DNA of 64,000 bases from Mobula hypostoma (lineage: Eukaryota), in assembly GCF_963921235.1 (NCBI RefSeq), contig NC_086097.1, positions 128,652,001 to 128,716,000 of the forward strand, given 5' to 3'. Shown in pieces: positions 49,532 to 62,358 of this stretch. How positions within the stretch are numbered: the stretch's first letter is position 1; each line of letters starts with the position of its first letter. The translations under genes were made by a program, and so were the position numbers. The notes below the pieces were generated by a model that was not told the DNA's origin, ran no database searches, and was given only the letters and a program-made list of their open reading frames with translations.

Positions 49532-50350
49532 GCACACAAAATGCTGGAGGTACTCAGCAGGGCAGGCAGCATCTATGGAAAAAAATGTACATCTGACGTT
49601 CTGGGCTGAAACCCTTCGGCAGTACTGGAGAAAAAAAGCTGAGGAGTAGATTTAAAAGGTGGGGGGAGGGGAGAGAGATCCCCCTGGTGATAGGTGAAAC
49701 CTGGAGGGGGAGGGATGAAGTAAAGATCTGGGAAGTTGATTGGTAAGACGAGGTGAGAGAGGGAAAAGTGGATGGGAAATGGAGAAGGGAGGGGGTTGGG
49801 GGTTATCGCCGGAAGTTTGAGAAATCAATGTTTATGCCATCAGGTTGGAGGCTACCCAAGCAGAGTATAAAATGTTGTTCCTCTAGCCTAAGTGTGGTCT
49901 CATCACGATAGTGGAGGAGGCCATGGATGGATATATCGGAATTGGGAATGGGAACTGGGAGATCCCGCCTGTTCTGGCGGACGGAGCATAGATGCTCGGC
50001 GAAGCGGTCTCCCAATCTACGTCAGGTCTCACCGATGTACAGGAGAACTGAACACAGTATATGACTCAAACAGACTCACAGGTGAAGTGTTGCCTCAGCT
50101 GGAAGGACTGTTTAGGGTTGTGGATGGTAGTGAGGGAGGAGGTGTAGCACTTATTCCAGTTGCAAGGACAAGTGCCAGGAGGGAGATCAGTGGGGAGGGA
50201 TGCATGGACAAGGGAGTGATCCCTGTGGAAAGCAGAAAGTGGGGGGGCGGAGGGAAAGATGTGCTTGGTGGTAGGATCCCATTGGAGGTGGCGGAAGTTT
50301 CAGAGAATTATGTGCTGGACATGAAGGCGAAGGCTGGTGGGGTGGTAGGT
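49532..50350 (-). mobile_element. Degenerate PLE (linker, EN, pLTR, variant hammerhead ~49591-49628) inside a Rex1 3' end
   Basis: GDRFAEHLCSVRQ...LGSLQPDGINIDFSNFR. Confidence 0.88.
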
Positions 50351-50431
50351 TCCTCCACCGGATCCATTGACCTGCGAACACTACCTCACTTTTTTACATA
50401 GATTATTTCTGTTTTTGTTCTTGTAACACAC

Positions 50432-51006
50432 TGTAAGGTTTTACTGCTAATGTAATGGCTTCTCAGTAATGTTCCACTGCTGAGGTAATGGTTTCTCTGT
50501 AGCAGCAATGTTTGGGTTATGACTAGAGATAACGGGGCATGTTAGCCAATGAGCGGGATGTTGTTCTTTCTTGTGCGTCTGGGAGCCAGGAATTTGCGGG
50601 TCTTTTGCCAGGGAGAGATGAGGAGAGAAGACGCGAATGGAGAGAGTTAGTAGACACTGGACGGAGTGGACTTGGAGTGAGGATCCGAAGGTCAGTGATG
50701 ATCAGAGGAGGTCGATGGTGGACGAACGGCCTTATCAGTGAGCTCCAACAATGTGCGTTAGACTGTTTCATGAGAATGGGCCATTTTTCTTCTTTTTGTT
50801 TTCTTTACTAACCATATAGTCAAACTAAGAATTATAAAGCTCAATCGTTTAATCACACATTGTGTACTGTTTGTTATTTCATGGTACTGATTTGTAACAG
50901 GGGACACACAGCACACAGCATCCACCCAAATGAGATTTCTTAAGTTTGGCTGGGCCGGGGGTCTATCATCCCCTAGATTAAGCCGCTAGCCGAAGCGAGA
51001 GTTACA
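50432..51006 (+). mobile_element. Putative solo LTR
   Basis: TGTAA...TTACA termini, ~575 bp, interrupts a Rex1-type 3' UTR that resumes at 51007; only a 3-bp flank match (cac). Confidence 0.55.
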
Positions 51007-51399
51007 CACCAATTTTAATTTAACTATTTAATATACATATGCATACAGTACTTACTCTAATTGAGTTACTTATTTATTTTTTCTTCTACGTTATCATCTA
51101 TTGCATTGTACTGCTGCTGCTATGTTATCAAATTTCATGACCTATGCCAGTGATATTATACCTTATTCTGATTCTGATTCTGAATTGTTTGGTATAAAAC
51201 AAATTCCCCACCAAACAATTTTTTCCAGAGCTCCCATCCATTCTAGAGATCCTACATAGACGTGAAAGCTTTCATTTCATAACAATAACTTCAATTTAAA
51301 TGACACCTGTAACAAAATTGACACCGTTAAAAATTGAAAAATACCATAAGAGTGCCTTTAAGTCAAAATTTGAGACAGTAATTCTAATTGGATGAGTAT

Positions 51400-51820
51400 T
51401 GGTTTCTATCATCATATGTACTGAGATAGCTTTTGCTTTACATGCTATCCAGACAAATCATTCAATGCACAGTTATATTGAGGTAGTTAAAAAAAAACCG
51501 AATGCAAAATATAGCATCGCAACTACAGAGAAAGTGTTGTCCAGATAGATAACATGCAACAGCCTTGCTGGAGTAGACTGAGAGATCAAGAATTCATTTT
51601 AAATCTTTAACTTATTGGAGATCCATTCAAGGGTCTGATGGCAGTGGTAGAGAAGCTATCCTTAAATCTGATGGTGCATGCTCTCATGTTTTTCCATCTT
51701 CCATCTGATGGAAGAAGAGAGAATAACTAGGGTGGAGTGGTCCTTGCTTGAAGTGTAGATGGAGTCCTTGGAGGGGAGGCTGTTTTCGTTGTGATCACAA
51801 TTCTCTGCAATTTCTTGTGG
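51400..51820 (-). mobile_element. Rex1-type 3' fragment
   Basis: Homologous to 44238-44725. Confidence 0.65.
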
Positions 51821-52544
51821 AGGGCATTCCAGAGCTGAGAGCCTTTTGGCAGCCCAAAATGTGGCTGTCCGTTACAGAGCCATTAAACTAAATAGATTCA
51901 CAAAAAATCTATTTCATGAAGTTTTGAAAATTATACAACACAGAATACTTATCAATACACATTGTGCTAAGATGATGATCTTCCAGTTGATGTTTACATC
52001 AGCATCATGATTACATTTGCATACAATATTTATATTATCTCCATAGGCCATCAATTTCTCATTCCATTAATGCTAAGTCTGGAAGGTTATTATAGAGGAT
52101 TCTTGTCCTCAGGGGTCCCGTGGCAAATCGCCCTGTTCAGTAGCCTTTGTGATTGTTGCACTTCTGCATCTTGGAGAATCCAAGAGGGCAGCTTCAGTTG
52201 TCGATACTTCCTGCACTCTAAAAGTGACCAATGTGTACCTTTCATCAAAGTTTCAGCTCTCTGGTTCAGGATGCATCCCGAGGAATAACCCAGAGAACAC
52301 AAGGTACCATATAATGTGAAGCTGGATGAGATGAACCTCAACAAATACTGTTGCATTCTTTCCCAGACCTGCCTGGCCAAGACAGATTTCATTCCAAGAA
52401 CTATGCACAATGAGATCAAGACTCCAACTGTACACAAGGGCCTTTATCAGCACCAGCCAAGCAAGGTTTGCTGTTTGTTCAAAAATTCTGGTTATGAGGA
52501 ATTCTGCCTAATGACCTTGATTATCTGCTTTGGGAACTGGATCC

Positions 52545-53152
52545 GCCCCATGCCTCTACTTCCTCAGAAAGCTAAGTAAATTCAGTATGTCACCATTGAC
52601 TCTTATCAGTTCTTATAGATGCATAATTAATGGATCTGGATGGGTCACCGCAACTGTCCTGCCCAAGTCCACAAGAAATTCAGAGAACTGTGGGCACAAC
52701 TCAATCCATCATAAAATGCAGACTCCTCTCCAGGGACTGTGCCTATACTACATAGTGCCTCAGAAAACCAGCCAGCATAATCAAAGACACTTCCAGCCCA
52801 GACATTTTCAGTTCTCTGCTCTCCCATTGAGATACAAAACCTTGAAAACATGCCTCAAGGACAGCTTCTATCCTGCTGATATCAGACTTTTGAATGTCCT
52901 ATTTGTATGCTATAGATGAACTTTTGAACTTACAGTCTACCTCACCAAAGCCTTTGTGCTTTATTGTCCTCCTGCACTGACGTTCTTTGGAACTATAACT
53001 GTAACACTCTATTTTGTACTATGCTATTACTTTTTCCATGTATCCCTTACTATATTTATGATTGATATGATCTGTATGGATGGCATACAAAACTATTGTT
53101 TTTCACTGTGTCTTGGTACATGTGATAATAATAAAACAGTTCCAATTCCAAT
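52545..53152 (+). mobile_element. Rex1-type 3' fragment
   Basis: CLYFLRKLSKFSMSPLTLISSYRC...LKDSFYPADIRLLN; (ccaatt)n tail. Confidence 0.82.
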
Positions 53153-53457
53153 CTCTCCTTTTCTTGCTGGGCTGATAGACTTGTGTTCAAAGATTTTTCT
53201 CATTCTTAAGTTGCCCGCGATCAGAGAGGGAATCATTGAGTCATTAGCCAGCTCACTGACTAATCCCATCAATACCACTTATTCCCACTATCCCATTTTC
53301 TTTCACATGCACAACCTTTGAAGTTCCTTAGCACAAACCATTTTATGAGGAACTAGTAGTGTGACATGGCCCAGCTAAGGGGAACATTCTGGGATGACTT
53401 GGCCAGACTCATGTTTCATTACACTAGGGGTAGGTAGAACCTTAGAATCTAGTGACA

Positions 53458-53676
53458 CTAGACACAAGGGATTCTGCATTTGCTGGAAATCTTGAGCAAC
53501 GAAATGTTGGACGAACTCAGCAGGTCAGGAAAATTCTATGGAGGGGAACAAATATGATATTCCAGGCCGAGATCCTTCATCTGTCCTGGGCCTTGGCCAG
53601 AAATGTCACTGTTTATTCCCCTCCACAGATGCTACATGATCTGCTGACTTCCTCTTGTTTTTTCATGTTTTGACCC
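53458..53676. mobile_element. Fold-back PLE tail insertion
   Basis: gaactcagcaggtcagg...cttcatc / cagatgct...tctgctgacttcctc; candidate TSD agtgaca 53451-53457 / 53677-53683. Confidence 0.68.
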
Positions 53677-54449
53677 AGTGACATCTGGTTACATATCCAA
53701 GCTCTATGCACAAGGTAATGCAGCCATACTTACACAAGGATGAGGGCAAAAATTTCTCCCCTTTCTCTTGAGATTTCTACATCATATCACAGTGAATGCC
53801 ATCTATTTGTAGATGCAGATGAAATGGAGGATGTCATGCCACAGGAGTGTTCATGAGCCACACCAGTACAGTGTACACAGCACCAAAGGGACACAGTTCC
53901 CATATTCCCAGTTTCCATTTCAGTTTGGCAATCCACTCTGGTCGATCCTTACAACATATCCCGCTCCTCTGAGCCCGATTCCCAGCACATTTCAGGGAAT
54001 TAGAACGGACACTGAAAGAAACAGAGAGTTGGTTAAGTTAGTTATAAAAGAACATGACATTGCTTTTGCTGTGATTGACTTTGGCCCCCAAGGCCAGTTC
54101 AAACCAGACTCAGATACTGATCAATCTGTGAACCAACCGTGAACCTGAGCAGGAGATGATTGTGTAATCCATGTACAGGGTGTCTTTGATCTGAGTGCCT
54201 CAGCTGCTTGAAATTCTGTTTTTCTCCATGTCCCTCCTCATGGGATCTGACGAAAGATTCCATACAACACGTGAACATGACAGAAAACAAGCCATACTCC
54301 AGACGTGATATCTATTTCCCATCCATCGAATCGGACTGTGCTGCTAATGTCTGTGTGGAACAGTAGTATCCGATTACAAATCCCCTCCCCAATCCTGATT
54401 TTGGAGAGCAGGTTCATCGTGGACACATGCAGTGTTCATCAAAGTTCAT

Positions 54450-55075
54450 GTCCTCGGACTAGAATATAAAAACAAGGATGTAATGTTGAGGTTTTATAAA
54501 GCACTGGTGAGACCTCACTCAGAGTATTGTGAGCAGTTTTGGGCTCCTTACCTAACAAAGGATGTATTGACATTGAAGACGGTTCAAAGGAGGTTCATGA
54601 AAATGATTCTGGGATTGAAAGGCTTGTCACATGAAGAGTGTTTGATGGCATTGGGTCTCTACTCATTGGAATTCAGAAGAATGAGAGGTGACCTTATTGA
54701 AACCTATCCAATGTTGAAAGGCCCTGATACTGTGGATATGGAAAGGATGTTCCTATGGTGGCAGAATCTTAGGCCAGAGGACACAGCCTCAGAATAGAGG
54801 GGTGTCCTTTTAGAATGGAGATGAAGGGGAACTTCTTTAGCCAGAGAGTGGTGAATCTGTGGAATTTGTTGCCACGGGCAGCTGTGGAGGGCAACTCATT
54901 GGGTATATTTAAGGCAGAGGTTGGTAGATCTTGAGTAGTCAGGAAGTGAAGGGATATGGGAAGAAAGCAGGAGATTAGGGTTGAGAAGGAAAATAGATCA
55001 AACATGATGAAATGTCAGTGCAGTCTCAATGGACCAAATGGCCCAATTCTGGTCCTGTATCTTTTGGTCTTATGC
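54450..55075 (+). mobile_element. CR1 3' fragment
   Basis: GLEYKNKDVMLRFYKALVRPHSEYC...EFRRMRGDLIET. Confidence 0.9.
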
Positions 55076-55734
55076 CCTGGTTTAAGAGGACCAAATAAAT
55101 CTCCACCTCCCTGCTCTACGCATTGTCTGTCATAGGTTGTCAGATGAATTTTACTCAAGTATTGCATTTTTCTGGTCTCCTGGAATTACATTCCCCAAAG
55201 CAAACTTGACTCATTCGGCAATGCCTTTGAACAGAATCTTACAATCCATATTTAATAGTGAGATGTGTCACAAATTTCTAATCTCTTCCTTCTTCCCCTT
55301 ATGCCCATAGGTGAGAGTGACGGTGGTCTACGTCATGTCATGTGTGGGTGATGACACCCTTCCTCATGTAATGGGTTCTGACTTGATGCCAGTGAGAACT
55401 CTTGCTGTAGGCTTTCCAGTAGATTGGAGCCAATTAAACTCAGAGTTAAGGATCTGAACAGAATTACAGGAATTTTGAGGGATTATCAGGTTGGATATTA
55501 CAGAGACAGGGAAGAGTGAGGGAGTTTCACTCTCTAATCCTATCTTCATTGATTTTAATTGGAATAACGGAGGTTCAACCCTTAATTTTGGGAAAATGTT
55601 TCCAGTATCACTTTCAACAATCACCAACAAAAAATTTTTATCCAGGGTTTCAGTATCAATTCATACAGCACCACAACTGCCAGTGCAATGAAATCAGATT
55701 GGAGACTGCCCCTAGAATCAATATCAGTTTATTA

Positions 55735-56418
55735 TCATGAGAAGGGGGCATGTTCTAGATGGTCAGAGTCCTAATGATGATGATGATGCATCTTGAAGAT
55801 GACCTCTCTGGTGGGAAGGCTTGTGCCTGGGATAGAGTTGGTTGAGTCAATAAACCTCTGTGCCCTCTTTCGATCCTGTACATCGAAGCCTCCAAAACAG
55901 GCTGTGATTACAGTAGTCAGAATGCTCTCCACGGTACATCTGTAGAAATTTTCTAGAGCCTTTGGTGACATACCAAATCTCCTAAGACTTCTAATGAGGT
56001 AGAGTGGTTGGCGTGCCTTCATTGTGATTGCATCAATATGTTGAGTCCAGTCTCGATCCTCTGAGATGTTGATGCCCAGGAACTTGAAACTGCTCATGCT
56101 TTTAACAGCTGACCCCCTCAAAAACAACTGTGTATGTTTGCTCGGCTTCCCTTTCCCAAAGTTCACAATCAGTTCCTTGATCTTGCTGACGTCAATTGCA
56201 AGGTTATTGTTGTGAACTGTACATCTGAAATTCAGCCAACAGCAGTGGTGTTATTAGCATATTTATGGATGGTTTTTGACCTGTGTTTGATGGTGTAGAG
56301 GGAGAAGAGCAGTGGCTAAGCATGTATCCTTGAGGTGTGTCTGTATTAATTGTCAGTGAGGAGGAGATGTTATTACAGATCCGCACTGACTGTGGTCTCC
56401 AGATGAAGAGACCCAGGA
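55735..56418 (-). mobile_element. Rex1/Babar RT and C-terminal fragment
   Basis: SFKFLGINISED..WTQHID...LRRFGMSPKALENFYRCTVESILT; ISSSLTINTDTPQG. Confidence 0.87.
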
Positions 56419-56599
56419 TCCAGCTGCAGAGGGAGATACATGAAAATCAAAGTATGTTGGCAGATCCAGGGAAATTGTTCAATAATCAAGAGTTGGATTT
56501 ACATGTACAGTTGTCATTTCCCAACATCCCAATTGCACCTATTTATGGTTACTTAGCAAAAGGCAGAAAGAAGGATTTCAGCTCCATACCAGCACCTAT

Positions 56600-58550
56600 C
56601 AGTCATATTCCCACCTCCTACCCAAGATTCACAAACTCGCTAGTCAAGGTACACCCATTGTTTCAGCTTGTTCCTGCCTTACTGAACTCATATCTGCACA
56701 CCTCCACTCTGTTTTACCTTCCCACTTCAGTCCCTTCCTACCTACATCCATGACACTTCACACGCCCTGGATCTTTTCAATGATTTCAGGTTCCTTGGCC
56801 ACCATCATCTTACTTTTACTATGGATGTCCAGTCCCTATACACCCCTCTCCCCCACCAGGAAGGCCTCAAAGCTCTCTGTTTTCTTCTGGACACCAGACC
56901 TAACCACTCTCCTCCGTCTAGTGGAACTTGCCCTCACTCTCAATAATTTCTCCTTTGGCTCCTCCCACTTCCTTCAAACAAAAGGTGTAGCCGTGGGCAC
57001 TCACATGGGTCCCAGTTTTGCCTGCCTGTTTGTCAGCTACGTGGAACAGTCTATGTTCCAAGCCTACACTGGTGACTGTCCTGCATTTTTCCTACGCTAC
57101 ATCAACGACTGCATTGGTGCTGCTTACTGCACCCATGCTGAACTCGTCCACTACATCTACTTTACCTCCAAATTCCACCCTGCCTTCAAATTTACCTGGT
57201 TCATTTCTGACACCTCCCTCCCCTTAAATTTACCTGGTCCATTTCTGACACCTCCCTCCCCTTTCTCGATCTCACTGTCTCTATCTCTGGAAACAGCTTA
57301 TCCACTGATGTCTATTATAAACCCATGGACTCTTACAACTACCTGGACTATACCTTGTCCTACCCTGTTACTTGTAAAAACACCATCTGATTCTCTCAAT
57401 TCCTCCGTCTCCACTGCAACTTCTCTCAGGATGAGGCTTCTCATTCTAGAATGAAGGAGATGTCCTCCTTTTTCAAAGAAAAGGGCTTCCCTTCCTCCAC
57501 CATCAACGTTGCCCTCAACAACATTTCTTCCATTTCATGCATGTCTGCTCTTACCCCTCCCTCCCGCCACCATACAAGGGATAGGGTTCCTCTTATCCTC
57601 ACCTACCACCCCATCTGCCTCCGCATCCAGCACATAATGCTCCAAAACTTCCACCACCTCCAACGGGATACCACCACCAAGTACATCTTTCCCTCCCCCC
57701 CACTTTCTGCTTTCCATAGGGATCGCTCCCTATGCTACTCCCTTCATCCCTCCCCACTGATCTCCCTCCTGGCACTTACCCTTGCAAGTGGAACAAGTGC
57801 TACACCTACCCCTACACCTCCTCCCTCACTACCATTCAGGGCCCTAAACAGTCCTTCCAGGTGAGGTGACACTTCACCTGTGAGTCTGCTGGGGTCATAT
57901 ACTGTATCTGGTGCTCCCAGTGTAGCCTCCTGTATATGGGTGAGACCCAACATAGATTGGGAGACTGCTTTGCCGAGCCTGAAAATGCAGGATCTCCCAG
58001 TGGCCACCTATTTTAATTCCAATTCCCATTCCTATTCTGATATGTCCATCCATGGCCTCCTACACCTGTCATGATGAGGCCACATTTAGGTTGGAGGTGC
58101 AACACCTTATATTCCGTTTGGGTAGCCTCCAACTTGATGGCATGAACATTGATTTCTCAAACTTCTGGGAAAGCCCCCCAACCCCCCCTTCACCATTTCC
58201 CATCCCCTTTTTCCACTCTCACCTTATTCTCTGCCCACCCATCACCTCCATCTGGTGCTTTTCACCCCATTACTTTCTTCCAGAGCCTTCTGTCTTTTTC
58301 ACCAGTCAGCTTCCCAGCTCTTTACTTCATCCCTCCCCCTCCAAGTTTCAGCTATCACCTGGTGCTTCTCTCTCCCCTCCACCCTCCTTTTAAATCTACC
58401 CCTCAGATTTTTTTCTCCAGTCCTGCCGAAGGGTTTCAGCCGGAAACGTCAACTGTACTCTTTTCCATAGATGCTGCCTGGCCTGCTGAGTTCCTCTAGC
58501 ACTTTGTACGCATTACTTAGATTTCTAGCATCTGCAGATTTTCTCTTGTT
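56600..58550 (+). mobile_element. Longest PLE copy: degenerate RT, linker, GIY-YIG, pLTR with variant hammerhead (58418-58455)
   Basis: LLPKIHK...PIVS; TMDVQSLYT; NNFSF.SSHFLQTKGVAVGTHMGPSFACLF; FLRYINDC; frameshifts including a 38-bp tandem duplication 57188-57263. Confidence 0.92.
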
Positions 58551-58599
58551 AGTCTCATTTCCATGCTCTTATTTCACTGTAATCCTTCAGTTTATTTAC

Positions 58600-58815
58600 C
58601 ATCACATGCCCATCAACTTCCTTTTGATACTTTGACCTCTTACTTATATTCTGAGATGATTTACAGTAGCCAATTAACCTGCGAAGTGGATGGAAACAAT
58701 GGCACCAGGAAGTAACACATGCTATCACAGGAAGAACTTGCAAACTCCACACACGCAGCACCTGAGGAACCCAGATACCTGGAGCTGGCAGGCAGCGGCC
58801 ACTCTGTCATTGTGC
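58600..58815 (-). mobile_element. V-SINE-type element
   Basis: ggaagaacttgcaaactccacac...ctggagctg. Confidence 0.6.
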
Positions 58816-59062
58816 CATAAGACCATCAGACCAAAAGACATAGAAGCAGAATAAGGTCATTCGGTCCCGCGAGTCTGCTCGACCATTCCATCATGGCTGA
58901 TTTATTATCTCTCTCAACCTCATTCTCTTATCTTCTCTCTGTAACCTTTGAAGCCCTTATTAATCAAGGCCCTATCAACCTCCACTTTAAGTCTGGCCAA
59001 TGACGGCCTTCGCAGTTATCTGTGGTAATGAATTCCACAGATTTACCACCCTCTGGTCAAAG
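58816..59062 (-). mobile_element. CR1 3' end
   Basis: DQRVVNLWNSLPQ; homologous to 3480-3720. Confidence 0.8.
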
Positions 59063-59318
59063 AGATTTAAGCCATCCTGTAGCAAGGCATGGCATTCAGA
59101 TGCATCTAACCTACTGGGAACGCAATAGTTTGTGTCTTCACAATCTTGATTGAGAAAGTATGACCCGGGGGAAGAATTGAAAGTGGAACTATCGGATATT
59201 TTAACTCTCCCTTGATTTATAGAGGTGATCCAAATGAGATTATCTTTATTTTGTGATGGAAGAGTCAGTCTCAACATATGTGTCCAAGCCTGTGCAACTT
59301 CAGCCCATATCCTCACTC

Positions 59319-59439
59319 ACAAACATGAGAAACTCTTCAGGTGTTGGAGGTCCAAGCAACACACACAAAATGCTGCAGGAACTCAGCAGGCCAGGCAGCA
59401 TCTATGGAAAAGAGTACAGTCGACGTGTCAGGGTGCGTC
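59319..59439 (-). mobile_element. PLE tail truncated within the hammerhead
   Basis: gcaacacacacaaaatgctgcaggaactcagcaggccaggcagcatctatggaaaagagtacagtcgacgt; TSD cctcactc 59311-59318 / 59440-59447. Confidence 0.78.
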
Positions 59440-60489
59440 CCTCACTCCACAGGTTGAGCCAGAGCTAATGTAAGTTTGAGTTAAACAGAGGCAGATCGTT
59501 CTGCCATCCGAAACAGAGCCCGTCCCCTGAGCAGAGGCAGCAGAAATGACAAACCGCACACAACATTCTGAATAGGGCTCCTTGTAGGAGCACAGTGGGA
59601 GTCAAATCCTCTTTCACGTCATATTATCTGACAGATGTAGGCAGACCCCTGTCAGACAAAAAGCTTCCTGCACCTGGATACAATGAGCTGCCATTTTGCT
59701 GTCTTTTTCACAGTGTTGTGAAGCCAATTGGCCAGCTTAAATAGCATTACATGATTTTAAAAACGTTCTCTTGTATGCAAAAAAAAAAGTCAGCTGCAAC
59801 AGCATTGCTACCGTTTGCAAGGCAGAAGTTGCACAACGTCACCAGTGGCAAAGAAAACAACAATGACAATGGCATTATAATTTTCAGATCAAAGCAAAGT
59901 ATGTCTACCAGGTAAAAAGGATTACTTTCCCAATTAACATTCCAACTGTACTGGATCAAAGAGAGGGCTCTTCTGCGAAGATTCCTACAACGGCAGTCCC
60001 ATCAAACACCCACAGCCCACCGATTTTACTGAAGCTGTACTACTGACTACACCTTGCTCATTTGAAGTAGTATTACAGTGAAAACATTTTATTGTTCAGT
60101 CTTGGAATAATAAAAAATTTGTGGCAGGGAATTATGCCCATTCAACCATGCCAGCAAGAATAGTCTACCAACGTTATTGAGCTCCCATTTCCTAGTCTTG
60201 CTGGTTAGTTTCACATGGACTGAGATACAGTGAAGAGCTTTTGTTTGCATGGCATCAAGACAGATCATTCCATGATTAAGTAGATCACGGTCGTATAAAA
60301 ATAATAACTGAATGTGTGTCTTCTTTATGTTTGCTTCAATTTGCTGGTATAGCCCGGGCAAGTTCTGTGGATGGCACAGCTTGCAGCCACTGTGTCTCTG
60401 TGATGGATGGGGTACAGTCAAATGGGACGGTGTAGAAGTTCTCCAGCGCTGTAGGATCAGTACACATCCAAGCAAGTGAGGAATATTCC

Positions 60490-61232
60490 ATTCAGGGCCC
60501 CAAACAGTCCTTCCAGGTGAGGCATCACTTCACCTGTGAGTCGACTGGGGTGATATACTGCGTCCGGTGCTCCCGATGTGGCCTTTTATATATTGGTGAG
60601 ACCCGACGCAGACTGGGAGACCGCTTTGCTGAACATCTACGCTCTGTCCGCCAGAGAAAGCAGGATCTCCCAGTGGCCACACATTTTAATTCCACATCCC
60701 ATTCCCATTCTGACATGTCTATCCACGGCCTCCTCTACTGTAAAGATGAAGCCACACTCAGGTTGGAGGAACAACACCTTATATTCCGTCTGGGTAGCCT
60801 CCAACCTGATGGCATGAACATTGACTTCTCTAACTTCCGCTAGGCCCCACCTCCCCCTCGTACCCCATCTGTTACTCATTTTTATGCACACATTCTTTCT
60901 CTCACTCTCCTTTTCCTCCCTCTGTCCCTCTGAATATACCTCTTGCCCATCCTCTGGGTCACCCCCCCCCCGTCTTTCTTCCCGGACCTCCTGTCCCATG
61001 ATCCTCTCGTATCCCCTTTTGCCTATCACCTGTCCAGCTCTCGGCTCTATCCCTCCCCCTCCTGTCTTCTCCTATCATTTTGCATCTCCCCCTCCCCCTC
61101 CAGCTTTCAAATCCCTTACTCACTCTTCCTTCAGTTAGTCCTGACGAAGGGTCTCGGCCTGAAACGTCGACTGCGCCTCTTCCTACAGATGCTGCTTGGC
61201 CTGCTGCGTTCACCAGCAACTTGGATGTATGT
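60490..61232 (+). mobile_element. Young 5'-truncated PLE (GIY-YIG and pLTR)
   Basis: ORF 60517..60843 has the same protein as 316..642; exact 13-bp TSD tgaggaatattcc 60477-60489 / 61233-61245. Confidence 0.95.
61136..61173 (+). ncRNA. Minimal type I hammerhead ribozyme (intact)
   Basis: tagtc CTGACGA agggtctcggcct GAAA CGTC gactg, identical to 935-972. Confidence 0.85.
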
Positions 61233-62092
61233 TGAGGAATATTCCTTTACACTTCTAACTTTTGTCTTGTGGGTGGTGGACGAGGTCTGAGGTGACAGAA
61301 GCTGAGTTACTCACTACAGGGTATCCAAATCTGACCTACTCTTATAGTCATGGGATCTACGTGGTTAGTCCAGTTCACCAGTTCAGTTTCTGGTCAATTG
61401 TGACTCCCCCCCCCCCCCGCGGATATAAATGGTGGGGTAAATTAGTGATAATAGTGCCCTATTTAATTTAACTCGAGTGCTGTTGCTAGGTGACTAGAGT
61501 AGGCACTCTTGCCCCTCAATCAGAACATTCAGTCTGACACTTGAAATCAAACATGTGAGTTACATTGCATCTCGCTTTTGGAGGTCGTGTTATTCACGTG
61601 AAACATTACACTGTCACCACACCCTCTTAGATGGAAACAAGCATCAGAGTATAGGCCTCTCAGGTTACAAATACGTTCAGTTTTTACAGAGTCCATCAGT
61701 CTATTTTGCCTGTAAGTAGGAAAATACACAAAATTTTTTTGATTTGGTAACCATACCTCCATAGTATTTATCAAACACACATAAGATAAATAAGAAAGCA
61801 TTACTAATAAAAGCAGGAACAAAAGGATCTGCCATTTGTCTGAATGAAGTTATGCTTATCAGACTTTTGAACAGAGTATCATGCGATCTTGCCCCTATGA
61901 AGGGGCATCTATAATTTGGGTGTTCATAACCTGGGGATGGCCTGCACACTATTTGAAGAAGAGTGGGAGAGTGATCTTTGGAGTGTTGTCCGACCCAGTA
62001 TCTATCTTCCAAATGATATTGAGAAGTTATTATTTGTTACAATCATAATGCCAATTGTGGGAGCTTGCTGTGCACAAATTGGCAACTGCATT

Positions 62093-62358
62093 TATCTCAC
62101 TGTTGTAAGACTATTGAACAGTCCCCTTGTACAATAAGATGGACTGTTGTCCTCACAATCTACCTTGCACCTTATTGTGTGCCAGCACTGTACTTTCTCT
62201 CTAACTGTAACACTTTATTCTGCATTCTGTTGTTGCTTTCCCCTTGTACTACCTCGCTGGACTGATGTGTTGTAATGATCTGTATAGGTGGAATGCAAAA
62301 GAACGGTTTTGTCTGGACCTCGGCATATTTGGCAACAACAAATCAATTTACCAACTTA
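62093..62358 (+). mobile_element. Rex1-type 3' UTR
   Basis: tatctcactgttgtaagactattgaac...caatttaccaa tail, homologous to 52860-53150. Confidence 0.7.

Larger units (their letters stand above)
52050..55335 (-). mobile_element. Old Tx1/L1-clade LINE ORF2, split by younger insertions
   Basis: ITLTY.HKGKKEEIRN..ISLLNMDCKILFKGIA..VK.AL..VI..DQ (~55170-55320); LSKIRIGEGICNRILLFHTDISS...SGV (54238-54426); C-terminus QVWERMQ..L.RFI (52090-52450) similar to 19899-20260. Confidence 0.75.
60330..61470 (-). mobile_element. Old CR1-clade fragment (target of the PLE at 60490)
   Basis: catccaagcaagtgaggaatattcc|tttacacttc... continuous across the PLE insertion. Confidence 0.55.

Noticed and set aside
55771..55790. 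Poly-His end (MHHHHH) as a tag or vector contamination
   Set aside because: A short (TGA)n microsatellite in a degenerate Rex1 copy
289..61232. Near-identical 730-bp repeats 60 kb apart as LTRs of one giant element or a segmental duplication
   Set aside because: The 60490 copy has its own 13-bp TSD and unrelated flanks, so these are independent insertions
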